Positions 33,861-44,166 of a stretch of DNA of 64,000 nucleotides are shown in pieces; within the stretch, counting starts at the first letter, position 1, and each line of letters starts with the position of its first letter. Under the pieces are notes generated by a model, which was not told where the DNA came from, did no database searches, and was given only the letters and a program-made list of their open reading frames with translations. The stretch lies in the IMG/VR virus record IMGVR_UViG_3300020473_000016. One strand, given 5' to 3'. The position numbers were made by a program, and so were the translations under genes. The stretch comes from a virus.

Positions 33861-34289
33861 ATGAAAAGGATTGTAGCAGTATTACTGTTATTACCTTCCC
33901 CTGCGTTGGCCGTCCCCGTGGTCCCAAATTTTACGCAGGGTAGTATGACTAGCCATACGGAAACTACGTCTACCGTAACGGAGACGATAAATTCGATGGA
34001 CTATAACACAGGCTGGCAGTACGTAGTTACTGGCACAGGCATTGAAACAGATTCGAGTAGTCTAGCACCAACAGGGACTACTCAGACATCAATTACTATA
34101 GATGGAGTGACTTCACAATGGAATGGCTTAGACCTAGAAAACAGACCACAGTTCCAACAAGCAGTACCAGGAGCAAGCTTTCAATTTTCCGAAAATTATT
34201 CTGGACCTGGGCTATCAAATCACACGATAATTCAACGTACCACTACGATTCAAAGCGTAACAGATACAACAAGTACATTCACACAATAA
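33861..34289 (+). CDS. Secreted Thr-rich protein
   Basis: Signal peptide (PALA|VPVVPNFTQG). Confidence 0.75.
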   Translation: MKRIVAVLLLLPSPALAVPVVPNFTQGSMTSHTETTSTVTETINSMDYNTGWQYVVTGTGIETDSSSLAPTGTTQTSITIDGVTSQWNGLDLENRPQFQQAVPGASFQFSENYSGPGLSNHTIIQRTTTIQSVTDTTSTFTQ

Positions 34290-35023
34290 GGAAGATATGT
34301 CTAATACTTGCAACAAGTGTCATTGCAACCCCTGCAAATGCAGCAGACGTTGGTGGAGTTAGTGCTACTGCTAATCCAATCGCCAACTCATCTGGCTCGG
34401 TAACTAACCAAGCTATACAGGTTTTACAAGGACCATACATAACTAACACCTATGGTGGTGGTATTCAGTGCCAAGGTGCTACCATGAACATTACACCCTA
34501 TGTTACTGGAACAGGATCATTTAAGCGACCCTTTGAAAGATACTATGACGATCCAGTGTATGATGTTCATGATGCCGATGATGACGGACAGATAGACAAT
34601 CCAGGTAATATACTATACTACGTTCCAACTCGTACCAATCAGACAGAGAACTACAATGTATCTTTAGGACTCTCTGCTACATGGTCACGTCCATTGGATA
34701 AAACATTACAAGACCAGTGTAAGGAAGCAGCAGAAGTCCAAATTAATATGCAGAGACAAATGACTGCTAATAAAAGATTAGACTTTGAGATCGCAAGATT
34801 AAAAAATTGTGGTGAGCTCATGCAAGCTGGAATTATGTTCCATCCTCAATCACCTTATGCATCTATCTGTGCTGACGTTGTACTAATGACTCCTGTAGGA
34901 CAGGTGACACCACATAGTCATAGTCTTAATGTGAATCAACCATCTGAAACTGAAGTCACTGAAGTCAAAGCAAATGGTACAGCAGAAGATCTAGGAGTAC
35001 ATACTATTGGTAATGTAGATTAA
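34286..35023 (+). CDS. Secreted protein, probable AUA start
   Basis: ATA at 34286 overlaps the upstream TAA and gives MRKICLILATSVIATPANA|ADVGG. The only upstream in-frame ATG is at 34118. Confidence 0.7.
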   Translation: MRKICLILATSVIATPANAADVGGVSATANPIANSSGSVTNQAIQVLQGPYITNTYGGGIQCQGATMNITPYVTGTGSFKRPFERYYDDPVYDVHDADDDGQIDNPGNILYYVPTRTNQTENYNVSLGLSATWSRPLDKTLQDQCKEAAEVQINMQRQMTANKRLDFEIARLKNCGELMQAGIMFHPQSPYASICADVVLMTPVGQVTPHSHSLNVNQPSETEVTEVKANGTAEDLGVHTIGNVD

Positions 35024-35878
35024 TTATTTTTTCCTTTTTATTGGAGGTAATCCTTTCTTCTTTCTATACTCGTCAGCAATAATGTCTGCACGAGTAGGTT
35101 TATAAGGAGTCTTACCGAGTGCTTTATTTACTTTAGTTAATACCTGTTTGATTGCAGGTTTAAAAACCCTTAGTAGTAAATCTGCTAGGGGTTTTGCTAA
35201 TAGTGCAGATGCACCAGCGACTGCTGCGATTGAAGCGGTTGTAGTAGCTACTTGTGCAGAGGGTAGATACTGTTCTGCTATATTGATAGGTTCATACAAT
35301 TCTACACATATCCATGTTCCTTGCGTTGTCTTTTGCAATTCATGACCTACTACTTTTTCTTTCTCACTAGGCCCTATTGCACCAATACGTAGAGATGTTG
35401 GGCCAGGACATTCTATTTCTTCTTTTGTTTTAGGTATCTCTGGGGTCTCTGGTGTAGTAATATCTGGCTCTGGTGGAGGTGCAACTGGTGGTGCTTCTGT
35501 TTCTCTTGTAATTGTTAACTGATCTGGTTCATAATTCATTGCAGAATATGCAGGGTAAGTTCCATCAGGGCATAGTGTCATTACCTCACCCTCATCATTC
35601 TTCACAAGATCCTTATCATTTGGTATGTTATTCTTATGAGTCTTGTTATCCTTATGTGCCTTCACACAACCAGGCATATCCACAACAGGATTCCCAATGT
35701 TAACTACTACTGGTGGAACCAAGTAATCAACATTAGGTTGTGTTGTCATCCACTTAGGAGTATAGATGTTTGGTATTTCATTTCTGATATTAACATCTGC
35801 AATGTAATACACATTCCGATTTATGGGATATGTATTCACACTTATGCTATGAATATCATTGATATGATGCCATATCAT
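35024..35878 (-). CDS. Conserved hypothetical protein with Pro-rich linker and C-terminal TM
   Basis: IGNPVVDMPGCV..H, CP.G..P.Y..M.Y.P, and the ATTTASIAAVAGASALLAKP segment. Confidence 0.7.
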   Translation of the reverse strand: MIWHHINDIHSISVNTYPINRNVYYIADVNIRNEIPNIYTPKWMTTQPNVDYLVPPVVVNIGNPVVDMPGCVKAHKDNKTHKNNIPNDKDLVKNDEGEVMTLCPDGTYPAYSAMNYEPDQLTITRETEAPPVAPPPEPDITTPETPEIPKTKEEIECPGPTSLRIGAIGPSEKEKVVGHELQKTTQGTWICVELYEPINIAEQYLPSAQVATTTASIAAVAGASALLAKPLADLLLRVFKPAIKQVLTKVNKALGKTPYKPTRADIIADEYRKKKGLPPIKRKK

Positions 35879-36129
35879 TTAGGAACTTCCTGTCTATAAT
35901 CAGTAGGTTTTTGTTGTCTTACTACATCTCCAGTACTCTTAGGTAGCATCTCTGCTAGAGCACTACGAACTTCTTCTCTTATTATGAGTTGAAGTTCTGA
36001 TTGCTTTGCCCTGATTCTCTTCTCTGGTCCACCAGTTGCTTGGTCGATGGCATAATTGCCACCAACCACTGAACCAGTACCTATTACAGCAATTGCTGTA
36101 CCAGTAGAAGTAATCTTCTGGATGTCCAT
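35875..36129 (-). CDS. Small membrane protein
   Basis: N-terminal TM; ATGA-coupled. Confidence 0.65.
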   Translation of the reverse strand: MDIQKITSTGTAIAVIGTGSVVGGNYAIDQATGGPEKRIRAKQSELQLIIREEVRSALAEMLPKSTGDVVRQQKPTDYRQEVPK

Positions 36130-36401
36130 TAGAATGGTTTAAGAGCCTGAGGAGATTTTGGATCTGCTTGAGGAGCATCAGGAGAGAGATCATTAGTTCC
36201 TATAGGAAGTGAACCACCACCTATTCCTGCTGCACCAGCACCACCTAGACCCCCAAGAGATCCAGTAACTGCTTCCATAGCCTGAGATTTAATTCCATCA
36301 ATGATGGATGCTCTATTGAGATATACGTATAACCCACCACCGACAACGGAAGCAGATACAACAGTAGACGCAATAGCAAGTACATTTACTAGTTTTTGCA
36401 T
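36129..36401 (-). CDS. Small membrane protein
   Basis: MQKLVNVLAIASTVVS..GGGLYVY TM segment. Confidence 0.7.
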   Translation of the reverse strand: MQKLVNVLAIASTVVSASVVGGGLYVYLNRASIIDGIKSQAMEAVTGSLGGLGGAGAAGIGGGSLPIGTNDLSPDAPQADPKSPQALKPF

Positions 36402-36407
36402 GATTTT

Positions 36408-36863
36408 TTATAATGTATATTTTTTATCGTCAGCGACTGTGACAATCTTTAAAGGAGCTTGTTCAACTCTTATTGTTTGAGTAGGTCCAGCGTTTGCTAT
36501 GATCTGCTCAATATCTTTTTTAGTAACAGCACCACCATTAATTGAGTTGCCGTTCTTGTCCATCTTCATAGTACCATCACCTTTCTTAGATGCTGTCTGA
36601 ATTCCGAAGCTAGCTAAAACTCCTGTAAAAACCGAAGCTATAAATGTCGGATCTATTTTCTGTTGAGGGACACCAGGTATGGCAACATAATTTAAAGTTA
36701 ATATGCCTCCAGACCAGGCCAGGACTGTGATTCTGACCATTGTAGAAATGATCGCTGCCTGTTCTTCAGGGTCGGGAAGAATAGCATCTTTTGCCTTAGC
36801 AAATATACCTTTCTTCTTCTCTTCCTCTGGTTTATTTACATCTTTTGTCACTTCATCTGTCAT
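36408..36863 (-). CDS. Two-TM membrane protein
   Basis: Likely start MTDEV at 36863 behind an ATAAATA late motif. VLAWSGGILTLNYV..DPTFIASVFTGVLASFG. Confidence 0.7.
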   Translation of the reverse strand: MTDEVTKDVNKPEEEKKKGIFAKAKDAILPDPEEQAAIISTMVRITVLAWSGGILTLNYVAIPGVPQQKIDPTFIASVFTGVLASFGIQTASKKGDGTMKMDKNGNSINGGAVTKKDIEQIIANAGPTQTIRVEQAPLKIVTVADDKKYTL

Positions 36864-36885
36864 GATACCACACTTTAAGTCATAT

Positions 36886-37509
36886 TTATTTATCAGGAAT
36901 CCACGCCAAATTTCCTGCAACAGAAATTCTGACATCATCTGTACCATAAAAAGGATAGACAAGATGGTTCAATGCAGCAGGAAAAAACACCATCATACCT
37001 TCCATGTTAGGATTCATTGCATAGTTATATGATTTTCTATTACCTAGTATGCTCATATATTCAAACTGAAAACAAGAAACACATGGAAGAGTAGTGTTCT
37101 TAGCAAAGGGTAACTCTAATTGTTGTCTAGCATCTGTTGGAATCTTCCTCCATATAACAAAGGAGAAGACACCAGAGTGTGTATGTGATGGATTAAATTC
37201 TGTTTGATACTGATAGTTTACCCATAGATCATTCAACTTTAAAATAAAAGGAACATCTACTGGAAATGCAGTAGGTCTTGGTCTGTAATCAAACTTCTGT
37301 TGATATATATCTACTACTTGTTGTATAAACTTCTCAAAACTTTCAGTTGATGTCAACTCTTGACTGTTAGAAATATTACCAGCGAGTCTATCTCTAACAC
37401 ACTCGCCAGCATTTTCTATCATGTTATCAATGTCCTCGATAACATCAGTAGGTAATACAACTTCTAACCACCCCTCATTCTTGGGTAGGACTGCTCTAGT
37501 TTTTAACAT
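36886..37509 (-). CDS. 2OG-Fe(II) oxygenase (TIGR02466-like)
   Basis: WVNYQ..EFNP.HTHSGVFSFVIW, FPA.L.H.VYPF and RISVAGN. Confidence 0.85.
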   Translation of the reverse strand: MLKTRAVLPKNEGWLEVVLPTDVIEDIDNMIENAGECVRDRLAGNISNSQELTSTESFEKFIQQVVDIYQQKFDYRPRPTAFPVDVPFILKLNDLWVNYQYQTEFNPSHTHSGVFSFVIWRKIPTDARQQLELPFAKNTTLPCVSCFQFEYMSILGNRKSYNYAMNPNMEGMMVFFPAALNHLVYPFYGTDDVRISVAGNLAWIPDK

Positions 37510-37540
37510 AATAAAATCAAGTCGGTATTATTATAGCATA

Positions 37541-39745
37541 TTATAAGTTTGTCTGTCCGTGATTTGAGAACTTATATGTTTGACTACTGTTATCATATGC
37601 AGTGCAACAGAAATATACATTCTCATAAGAAGGTGTGTTTCCAGCACCTTGTCTAGGTGGAAGATAGAAAGTAGGGGTACTAGCAGGATTGGAAGGATTA
37701 CCACCACCTTTCCAAGTAGTTAATGGATCTCCTTCTTCTCTCAACCATACCTTCCTTACCTTCATATTAATAACAAAATTTATATTAATATTTCCAGTTG
37801 GATCTAAATTACCATACCCACTGTCTACACTCTGTCCAGGACTCCAACCATTAGCAGCAGCATAAGTACCATAAGCACCTATGGATGACTCTCCACCTCT
37901 CAATCCAAGTGTATCATCTTGTCTTTCATCTGGATGAGATCCACTCGTTCCTTGACTACCAGAGAACCACCAACCACCATTAGCATCACCATTAGTAACT
38001 TCTAATTTAAAATCATACACAGCATCGTCTGCTAACTTTCCTGTAAAGCAATCACTATATCCACTACCAGTATACACTGCTGTACGAGCATCATTACTTA
38101 ATGTCCAATTACTTTCAGGAAGAGCCCAACAAATATCCTGTGGTTCAGCAAATCTACCTCTTTCTACATCATAATTGTGTTGTACTTGAGCATGACTTAA
38201 TGCTGCATCATATATTCTTGCGATAGCAATCTGACCATTAAACCATCTCTGATCTCCATTATTATCAGGTTGACAACCTAGAGCCCAATGACAACTACTA
38301 TAGTCAATCTGTTCCGTCTCAGCAAATGTAAAGTCTCCCATGTCTTCTATGTACATGCCATTCTTATAGACTCTCTTCCTAGCACCATCAAATGTAGCTA
38401 CAACATGATTCCAATGAGTAGAAACATCTCCTGTACCTTGATTAGTATTACCTGTACCACCAGTAGTCCATCCAGCATTAACTCGTCCCATCTGGAAATG
38501 GTATCCTTCTGGTCCACCGCCATGTGCGGTACGACTATCTACACTGATTGATACTCCGTTCTGATTAGCACCGTCATTCTGTGATGAAATGATTGAATTT
38601 ATACCATCGCCACCACCAACAGCATCAGCTTTATACCATGCTTCTAATGTAACTTGTCTATTGGTATGCACATCAGTAGGAAGTTCAGTAGTGTCTATAT
38701 TATCATTACTACCATCAAAGTCAAAGTATTTTGCACTACCAGATCCACCAAAGGTTGCTCCATCAACAGTACCAGTAAATTTATTTGCAGCTACTTCAGT
38801 AGCAAGATTAGTTACTGTTGTACCACTACCAGGATAACAGGCAGTGTCAGAGAAATCGTAGAATAATTTACAATGAGTTGTTATTGGTGCAGATGATTCT
38901 GCTCCTTCTCTGTAAAGAGCAAGTGCTTCATAATCAGTAATTTCTCTATTAAAAAATCTAACTTGATCTATGCGTCCATCCCAGTGCTCAGTACCAGCAG
39001 AGTTAGATCCTATGTTCCATCCAGCACTACCACCATGTCCACCTGCCTCATCTTTTATGAAAACAGGATGGCCATTAATCCAAACATGATGATCAGTATC
39101 GGCACTACCAGCAACACTCCAAACTATATGATGCCACTTAGTACTACCACCATAATTCATAAATTCAACATGACCTACGTAATGAGAAGTACCACCATAC
39201 ATCAAAGTTACTCCATCAACCCAACCACTATTTGTAACAAACCCCATTGAAACTCTCTGGTTAGATATATTAGCATTAAAGCATTCATTCATAGCTCCAG
39301 CACCCATAGAATTCCAATCAACATTACTCTGAGCCCATAAAGATACTGTAAATGGATAAGAGTTCTTTGGAGTTCCACTTATTGCTATCGTACCACTATT
39401 AGTACCAAAGTCTCCAGAGTTTGCACCAAACTTAGCAGTAGAACTCCAAACTACATTAGTTGGAGTACCATCATGACTACCACCAATATCATCACCATCG
39501 CCATCCATTTGCCATAAGGCCACGCCACTACTGTCACCAAAGGGATCAACATTACCTACCGTACTAGCACCACCACCTAATTCATTCCATGAAGTACCGT
39601 CATATACTTTTAATTTACTACTAGCAGTATTAAAATACAAGTCACCTGCAACTCCCGAAGCAGGATCACTAGATGCAATAGCAACTCCTATCCTATCTGA
39701 TTTTCCTTCAGTACCTGTAGTACCATCTCCAACTAATACTGGCAT
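37541..39745 (-). CDS. Fibre/adhesin-like protein with two LamG/concanavalin-A domains
   Basis: WHHIVWS..WING..IDQVRFFNR and WNHVVATFDG..VYKNG..IAIARIY..ALS lectin-fold motifs. Confidence 0.75.
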   Translation of the reverse strand: MPVLVGDGTTGTEGKSDRIGVAIASSDPASGVAGDLYFNTASSKLKVYDGTSWNELGGGASTVGNVDPFGDSSGVALWQMDGDGDDIGGSHDGTPTNVVWSSTAKFGANSGDFGTNSGTIAISGTPKNSYPFTVSLWAQSNVDWNSMGAGAMNECFNANISNQRVSMGFVTNSGWVDGVTLMYGGTSHYVGHVEFMNYGGSTKWHHIVWSVAGSADTDHHVWINGHPVFIKDEAGGHGGSAGWNIGSNSAGTEHWDGRIDQVRFFNREITDYEALALYREGAESSAPITTHCKLFYDFSDTACYPGSGTTVTNLATEVAANKFTGTVDGATFGGSGSAKYFDFDGSNDNIDTTELPTDVHTNRQVTLEAWYKADAVGGGDGINSIISSQNDGANQNGVSISVDSRTAHGGGPEGYHFQMGRVNAGWTTGGTGNTNQGTGDVSTHWNHVVATFDGARKRVYKNGMYIEDMGDFTFAETEQIDYSSCHWALGCQPDNNGDQRWFNGQIAIARIYDAALSHAQVQHNYDVERGRFAEPQDICWALPESNWTLSNDARTAVYTGSGYSDCFTGKLADDAVYDFKLEVTNGDANGGWWFSGSQGTSGSHPDERQDDTLGLRGGESSIGAYGTYAAANGWSPGQSVDSGYGNLDPTGNININFVINMKVRKVWLREEGDPLTTWKGGGNPSNPASTPTFYLPPRQGAGNTPSYENVYFCCTAYDNSSQTYKFSNHGQTNL

Positions 39746-39754
39746 AATTACCTC

Positions 39755-40690
39755 TTAAACGTCTGACCAAGAAGAACCATTATATATCCTGACTTTTTTA
39801 CTATCAGTCTTATAGTATATATCTCCAGCAGCAGGGGTAGAAGGATCAGAAGTTCCTGTTGCAAGACCTACTCGATCTTCCTTGAAAGAACCTGTAGTTG
39901 GAGTTCCAACAGCACCAGCATTAGTAGGAAATGATCTACCAGCACCCCAGATTATTCTGACAGCACCTCTACCACCTTTGTTTCCTCTCCATCTTCCACT
40001 AGCACCACCACCATAGTCGCCACCAACATCTGATTGACCACCATTTGTTCCTTCACCTTTTCCATCTTCACCACCTGAACCACCTCCACCGTCACCTGGA
40101 TTAGCACCAGATGGATCTGCAATTTGTCCGTTAGCACCTTCACCTAAAAGTCCTACTCCTCCAGCAGAGAAGAAAGCCCAACCACCACCAGCACCTCCTC
40201 CACCAGCTCCATTAGTCGCCCAAGGAGAAAATGCCTCATTATCACCACCATCTCCAGAATATCCACCAGCTCCACCACCGCCGTAGCCACCATTATTATA
40301 GACACTACCTCCACTACCACCACCATCAAAAACTCCTGCTGGTGATCCTTTATTAGCTGAAGATCCTACAACACCACCTTGTGCAGTTGTTGTTCCATGA
40401 GTGGCAGTAAATGATGAGTCTCCACCAGGAGTTCCATCATTCTGACCTGCTCCACCACCACTAGTTCCTGATGCTGGAGTACCTTGAACACCAACGACTA
40501 CAGAATAACCTGTGCCTGGTACAACAGTAATATTATTTTTATATGCCAACGCTCCTCCACCAGCACCACCAGCACCTACACATACTACACATACAGAAGT
40601 AACTCCAGCAGGACAAGTCCACGTATGGTTTCCTGCTACATTATAAATTTGATCTCCTCCAGCATCTCCTGTTGTTGCAACAACTGCCAT
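39755..40690 (-). CDS. Glycine-rich virion-associated protein
   Basis: TWTCPAGVTSVCVVCVGAGG..GAVRIIWG glycine-rich domain plus a C-terminal DR.G..SDP..AGD.Y module. Confidence 0.7.
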   Translation of the reverse strand: MAVVATTGDAGGDQIYNVAGNHTWTCPAGVTSVCVVCVGAGGAGGGALAYKNNITVVPGTGYSVVVGVQGTPASGTSGGGAGQNDGTPGGDSSFTATHGTTTAQGGVVGSSANKGSPAGVFDGGGSGGSVYNNGGYGGGGAGGYSGDGGDNEAFSPWATNGAGGGGAGGGWAFFSAGGVGLLGEGANGQIADPSGANPGDGGGGSGGEDGKGEGTNGGQSDVGGDYGGGASGRWRGNKGGRGAVRIIWGAGRSFPTNAGAVGTPTTGSFKEDRVGLATGTSDPSTPAAGDIYYKTDSKKVRIYNGSSWSDV

Positions 40691-43600
40691 TATGATACCT
40701 CCGTCATAGCAATCTTATACTTCTTACCAGTCAATCTATTAATTAAATACATTGAATCAGCACCCTCTTGCATAGTCCAGTGTCCTTCAGTTCCATCAAT
40801 TTCATTACCACCCATTCCCATATTATTCATCTGTAAGTCACCAGTGTATAGGTTAGCCCATCTATTAGAACTAGATCCAAGATCTCTTGTATTGTCAGCA
40901 TCAGGAATAATATTACTAGCAACAGATCCTAGACCAAGATCTAGAGCAGTACCTAGTGTCCAAGTAAGACCACCTGATCCACCAGTTCCTCCACTATTAG
41001 GTCCGATAGTTCTTGTGTTCTCGTCAGCAATATAAACCCCATTGATAGAATAGTGTTTGTTATCTGCCAGATCCATATGCTCTGTAGACACCCAAGTGTT
41101 ATAGGTAACACCACCATCTATGTGTTTGAATGTAAGTTTCTTATCTGTAGTACCCTTAACGATAATACCACCATCATCAGCAGAAGTATCTGAAGGACCA
41201 AGAGCAGTTATTTGTGCCGTTCCATTACCAGTAACATTGTTTGAAAGTACCGCAGTATTATTTGTAATAGAAACAATTGTTGTTCCACCAGGTATTGTGA
41301 TACCACCAGTAGAAGTCTGAACCTCCATACCTGGAATCAATCCAAGTGTAGGGGTTATTGATGTAAGGTTAGCAGTACCATCTGTTACAGTAGCAGCAAA
41401 AGTTATACTTACAACAGCAGCAAGTTCGATTGCTTTGTCTGCCACCTCAACCACGTTAGATTTAACAGTAGTTGTTGTACCATTAACTGTAAGGTTACCT
41501 TTAACAAGACAATCATTATTAATAGTTACGTCTTTGTTTAAAGTAAGATCGAAGTTTGCATCACCTCTTAACCATGCCTCAGTACCAGAACCAATAACTA
41601 ACTGCCTGTCACCATTAACATTAGGTGGTTCAAAGGTTGAGTTAGTTTGGTTAGCATCATCAGCAGGACCGATGATAACATTACCAGTACCTTTAACATT
41701 GTATCCAGCATAGTATCCTATGCAGACGTTTGCATTTCCTCCAGTGAGTGTCTCTAATGCGTTGTTACCAATAGCAACGTTCTTCTCACCAGTAAGGGAG
41801 ACAAGCATTGTGTCTCTACCAATAGCAATATTGTCATCTCCAATTCCATTTGCTCGTAATGCACGATGACCCACGGATAAGTTCGCTGCACCAGAATTGG
41901 TTGTCAACTGTGACTCCATACCTATTGCAATGTTCTGAGATCCAGAACTGTTATTGGCAAGAGTATCATGTCCAATAGCTATGTTGGTATTAACACTACT
42001 GTTACCACGACCTATCTTAAATGGATCATTACTTGTTCCAAACAATACAAGGTCTGCGTTGTCTATATTAACAGTACCTTTAAGAAGAATGTTATCTGTA
42101 ATAGAAGCACCAACTGTTAGGTCTTCATTAACTATTAAATTCTGATTAATTGTAAAGTCACCACCTGCTGCACCCATAGTAATAGCAGATGCTGCTCCAA
42201 ATGCAGTGATAGAAGTAGCATTAGTATTGAATAGAGTAAAACCAGTAGATGTTGTTATCATACTGGTTAATATATTAGGACTGGTTTGGAATACAAGACG
42301 ACCAGTACCAGTTGTATCACTAATCAAACCACGAAGCTGTGTGGATGTAGTAGATGCAAAGGTAGCAAGAGTATCAGATGTATATGCTACGTTACCACCT
42401 GATCTAAGGTTTGCACTAACAGCAGCAACAGCATTGTCTGTTGTTAGAGTTACATCTCTTTGAACATCAAGAGTCTTTCCTGAAGTTATTGATAGAACAC
42501 CAGATGCAGTTGATGTAATTTGAAGTCCATTAACAGATGTAGCAGTTGCTGCACCTAGTGATGGGTTCGTACATATAGGAGATGTTAAAGTCTTATTAGT
42601 AAGTGTCTGTGTCTCACCTTCTGTTACAAATCTTCTTGATACAGAACCATCCCATGATCTCCAGTAAGCACCAGACTCATACCATTCTAATCTTTGATAA
42701 GCAGTTGTGTTTCCAGAACCATCAGTAGTTCTATTAAGTTGAATACCACCATCAGCACCACTTATATTATTACCCTTTCTAAGTTCAATTAAATTATCTT
42801 CTACTTCTAAAGTGGTTGTGTTTAAAATTGTTTGTGTACCATTGACAACTAGGTCACCACCAATGGTAACTGTAGATCCGTTGTCAGTAATAAGACTGTC
42901 TGCTAACTGGAAGTTACCAGAGTCCCACTTCATTACAGTGTTACCTGTTAGGTTAGCAGCATTCTTTAACTGGAAATCTAAACCAGATAATAGAACACCA
43001 TTAGATGCTGTCAATGAAGCACCAGTATCACTGTTAACAGATGAAATTGTGATTGTTGTGACTCCACCAACTGTTGCCTGTGTAACAGTAGATGCACCAG
43101 CAGCAGCAATCTTAAAGTCACCAGCAGTAACAGCATTACTTCCAGATGCTAATCTTGTTATAGTATCGTTGTCTTGACTAGCAATGGTAACATCATTACC
43201 TGCCTGTGTTACTGTAACATTAGTACCACCTAAGATATTAACATCACCAGACACAAGAGTTCCAGCAGTTCCACCCTTAACACGAGTAACTGTGTTGGTA
43301 GAATCAAAAGTAATTGTTGGGTCGTTGTTGCCATCTATACCCTGTGCTACAGTTGTTGCTCCAGTAGCAAGGAATGTAAAATCTCCAGAGGCATATGACT
43401 GACCAGCAGTTGCTCTCAGTCTTGTAATAGTATCAACATATACTGAGCTAACATCAATAGTATTTGTTGCTGCGTTCTGTGTAACAGTAGTAGATCCACT
43501 ACCAGAAATTTTCATTGCACCTGTCTGTGCAGCACCACCTTGAGCAGCTTGTAGTGTTGTAATAGTATCTGCATCAGGAGCAGAACCAGCAATAGTAATT

Positions 43601-44124
43601 ACATCTCCAGCTCTAGAGATCTCTAACGCAACAGCATTAGAACCAGCTGGCACAGATTGAGGAGCACCAACAGCAATAGTAACATCATCAGTACCTGTTC
43701 CAGATCCACCAGCAGTTAATCGAACAATTTTTTGAGTAGCATTTAATCCATCAGTAGCACTAATAGCGTAAGTAGTATTATCATTTGGAGTTACAACTGT
43801 TCCACCTAATGATATCTGAGTTCCGTTAACACTTATAGATGAGTTGGAGAGAGCATTGTTTGGAATGTTACTAAGAGTATTCTGAGATCCAGATATGATT
43901 GCTGAAGTAAGAGTCTTATTAGTAAGAGTCTGGGTTTGTGTTAGATAAACATCACCAGGCGTACCCCATGACACCGCAGTACCATCACTGGTCAAGTACT
44001 TACCTGAACCTGTGTCTGAACTGATAATGATATTATTACCTGATAAATCTAGATTGTCACCTGATACAAGTTCCTCTATCTTCTTAGAAACTTCATTAAC
44101 AATCAATGGAAAACGATTAGCCAT
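40690..44124 (-). CDS. Tail fibre-like protein
   Basis: Thr/Gly-rich with DTITRL repeats, YadA-like NIAIG..AL beta-roll repeats, and C-terminal GHWTMQEG.DSMYLINR.TGKKYK. ATAAATA upstream. Confidence 0.75.
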   Translation of the reverse strand: MANRFPLIVNEVSKKIEELVSGDNLDLSGNNIIISSDTGSGKYLTSDGTAVSWGTPGDVYLTQTQTLTNKTLTSAIISGSQNTLSNIPNNALSNSSISVNGTQISLGGTVVTPNDNTTYAISATDGLNATQKIVRLTAGGSGTGTDDVTIAVGAPQSVPAGSNAVALEISRAGDVITIAGSAPDADTITTLQAAQGGAAQTGAMKISGSGSTTVTQNAATNTIDVSSVYVDTITRLRATAGQSYASGDFTFLATGATTVAQGIDGNNDPTITFDSTNTVTRVKGGTAGTLVSGDVNILGGTNVTVTQAGNDVTIASQDNDTITRLASGSNAVTAGDFKIAAAGASTVTQATVGGVTTITISSVNSDTGASLTASNGVLLSGLDFQLKNAANLTGNTVMKWDSGNFQLADSLITDNGSTVTIGGDLVVNGTQTILNTTTLEVEDNLIELRKGNNISGADGGIQLNRTTDGSGNTTAYQRLEWYESGAYWRSWDGSVSRRFVTEGETQTLTNKTLTSPICTNPSLGAATATSVNGLQITSTASGVLSITSGKTLDVQRDVTLTTDNAVAAVSANLRSGGNVAYTSDTLATFASTTSTQLRGLISDTTGTGRLVFQTSPNILTSMITTSTGFTLFNTNATSITAFGAASAITMGAAGGDFTINQNLIVNEDLTVGASITDNILLKGTVNIDNADLVLFGTSNDPFKIGRGNSSVNTNIAIGHDTLANNSSGSQNIAIGMESQLTTNSGAANLSVGHRALRANGIGDDNIAIGRDTMLVSLTGEKNVAIGNNALETLTGGNANVCIGYYAGYNVKGTGNVIIGPADDANQTNSTFEPPNVNGDRQLVIGSGTEAWLRGDANFDLTLNKDVTINNDCLVKGNLTVNGTTTTVKSNVVEVADKAIELAAVVSITFAATVTDGTANLTSITPTLGLIPGMEVQTSTGGITIPGGTTIVSITNNTAVLSNNVTGNGTAQITALGPSDTSADDGGIIVKGTTDKKLTFKHIDGGVTYNTWVSTEHMDLADNKHYSINGVYIADENTRTIGPNSGGTGGSGGLTWTLGTALDLGLGSVASNIIPDADNTRDLGSSSNRWANLYTGDLQMNNMGMGGNEIDGTEGHWTMQEGADSMYLINRLTGKKYKIAMTEVS

Positions 44125-44166
44125 TTACATTCCTGATGGATACTACTGCTCTGGTTTATTTATGTC

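Noticed and set aside
34297-34362. SD-preceded Cys-rich mini-ORF MSNTCNKCHCNPCKCSRRWWS that looks metallothionein-like
   Set aside because: Most of the Cys codons are T+GC shadows of the GCA Ala codons in the overlapping signal peptide, so it is probably an artefact.
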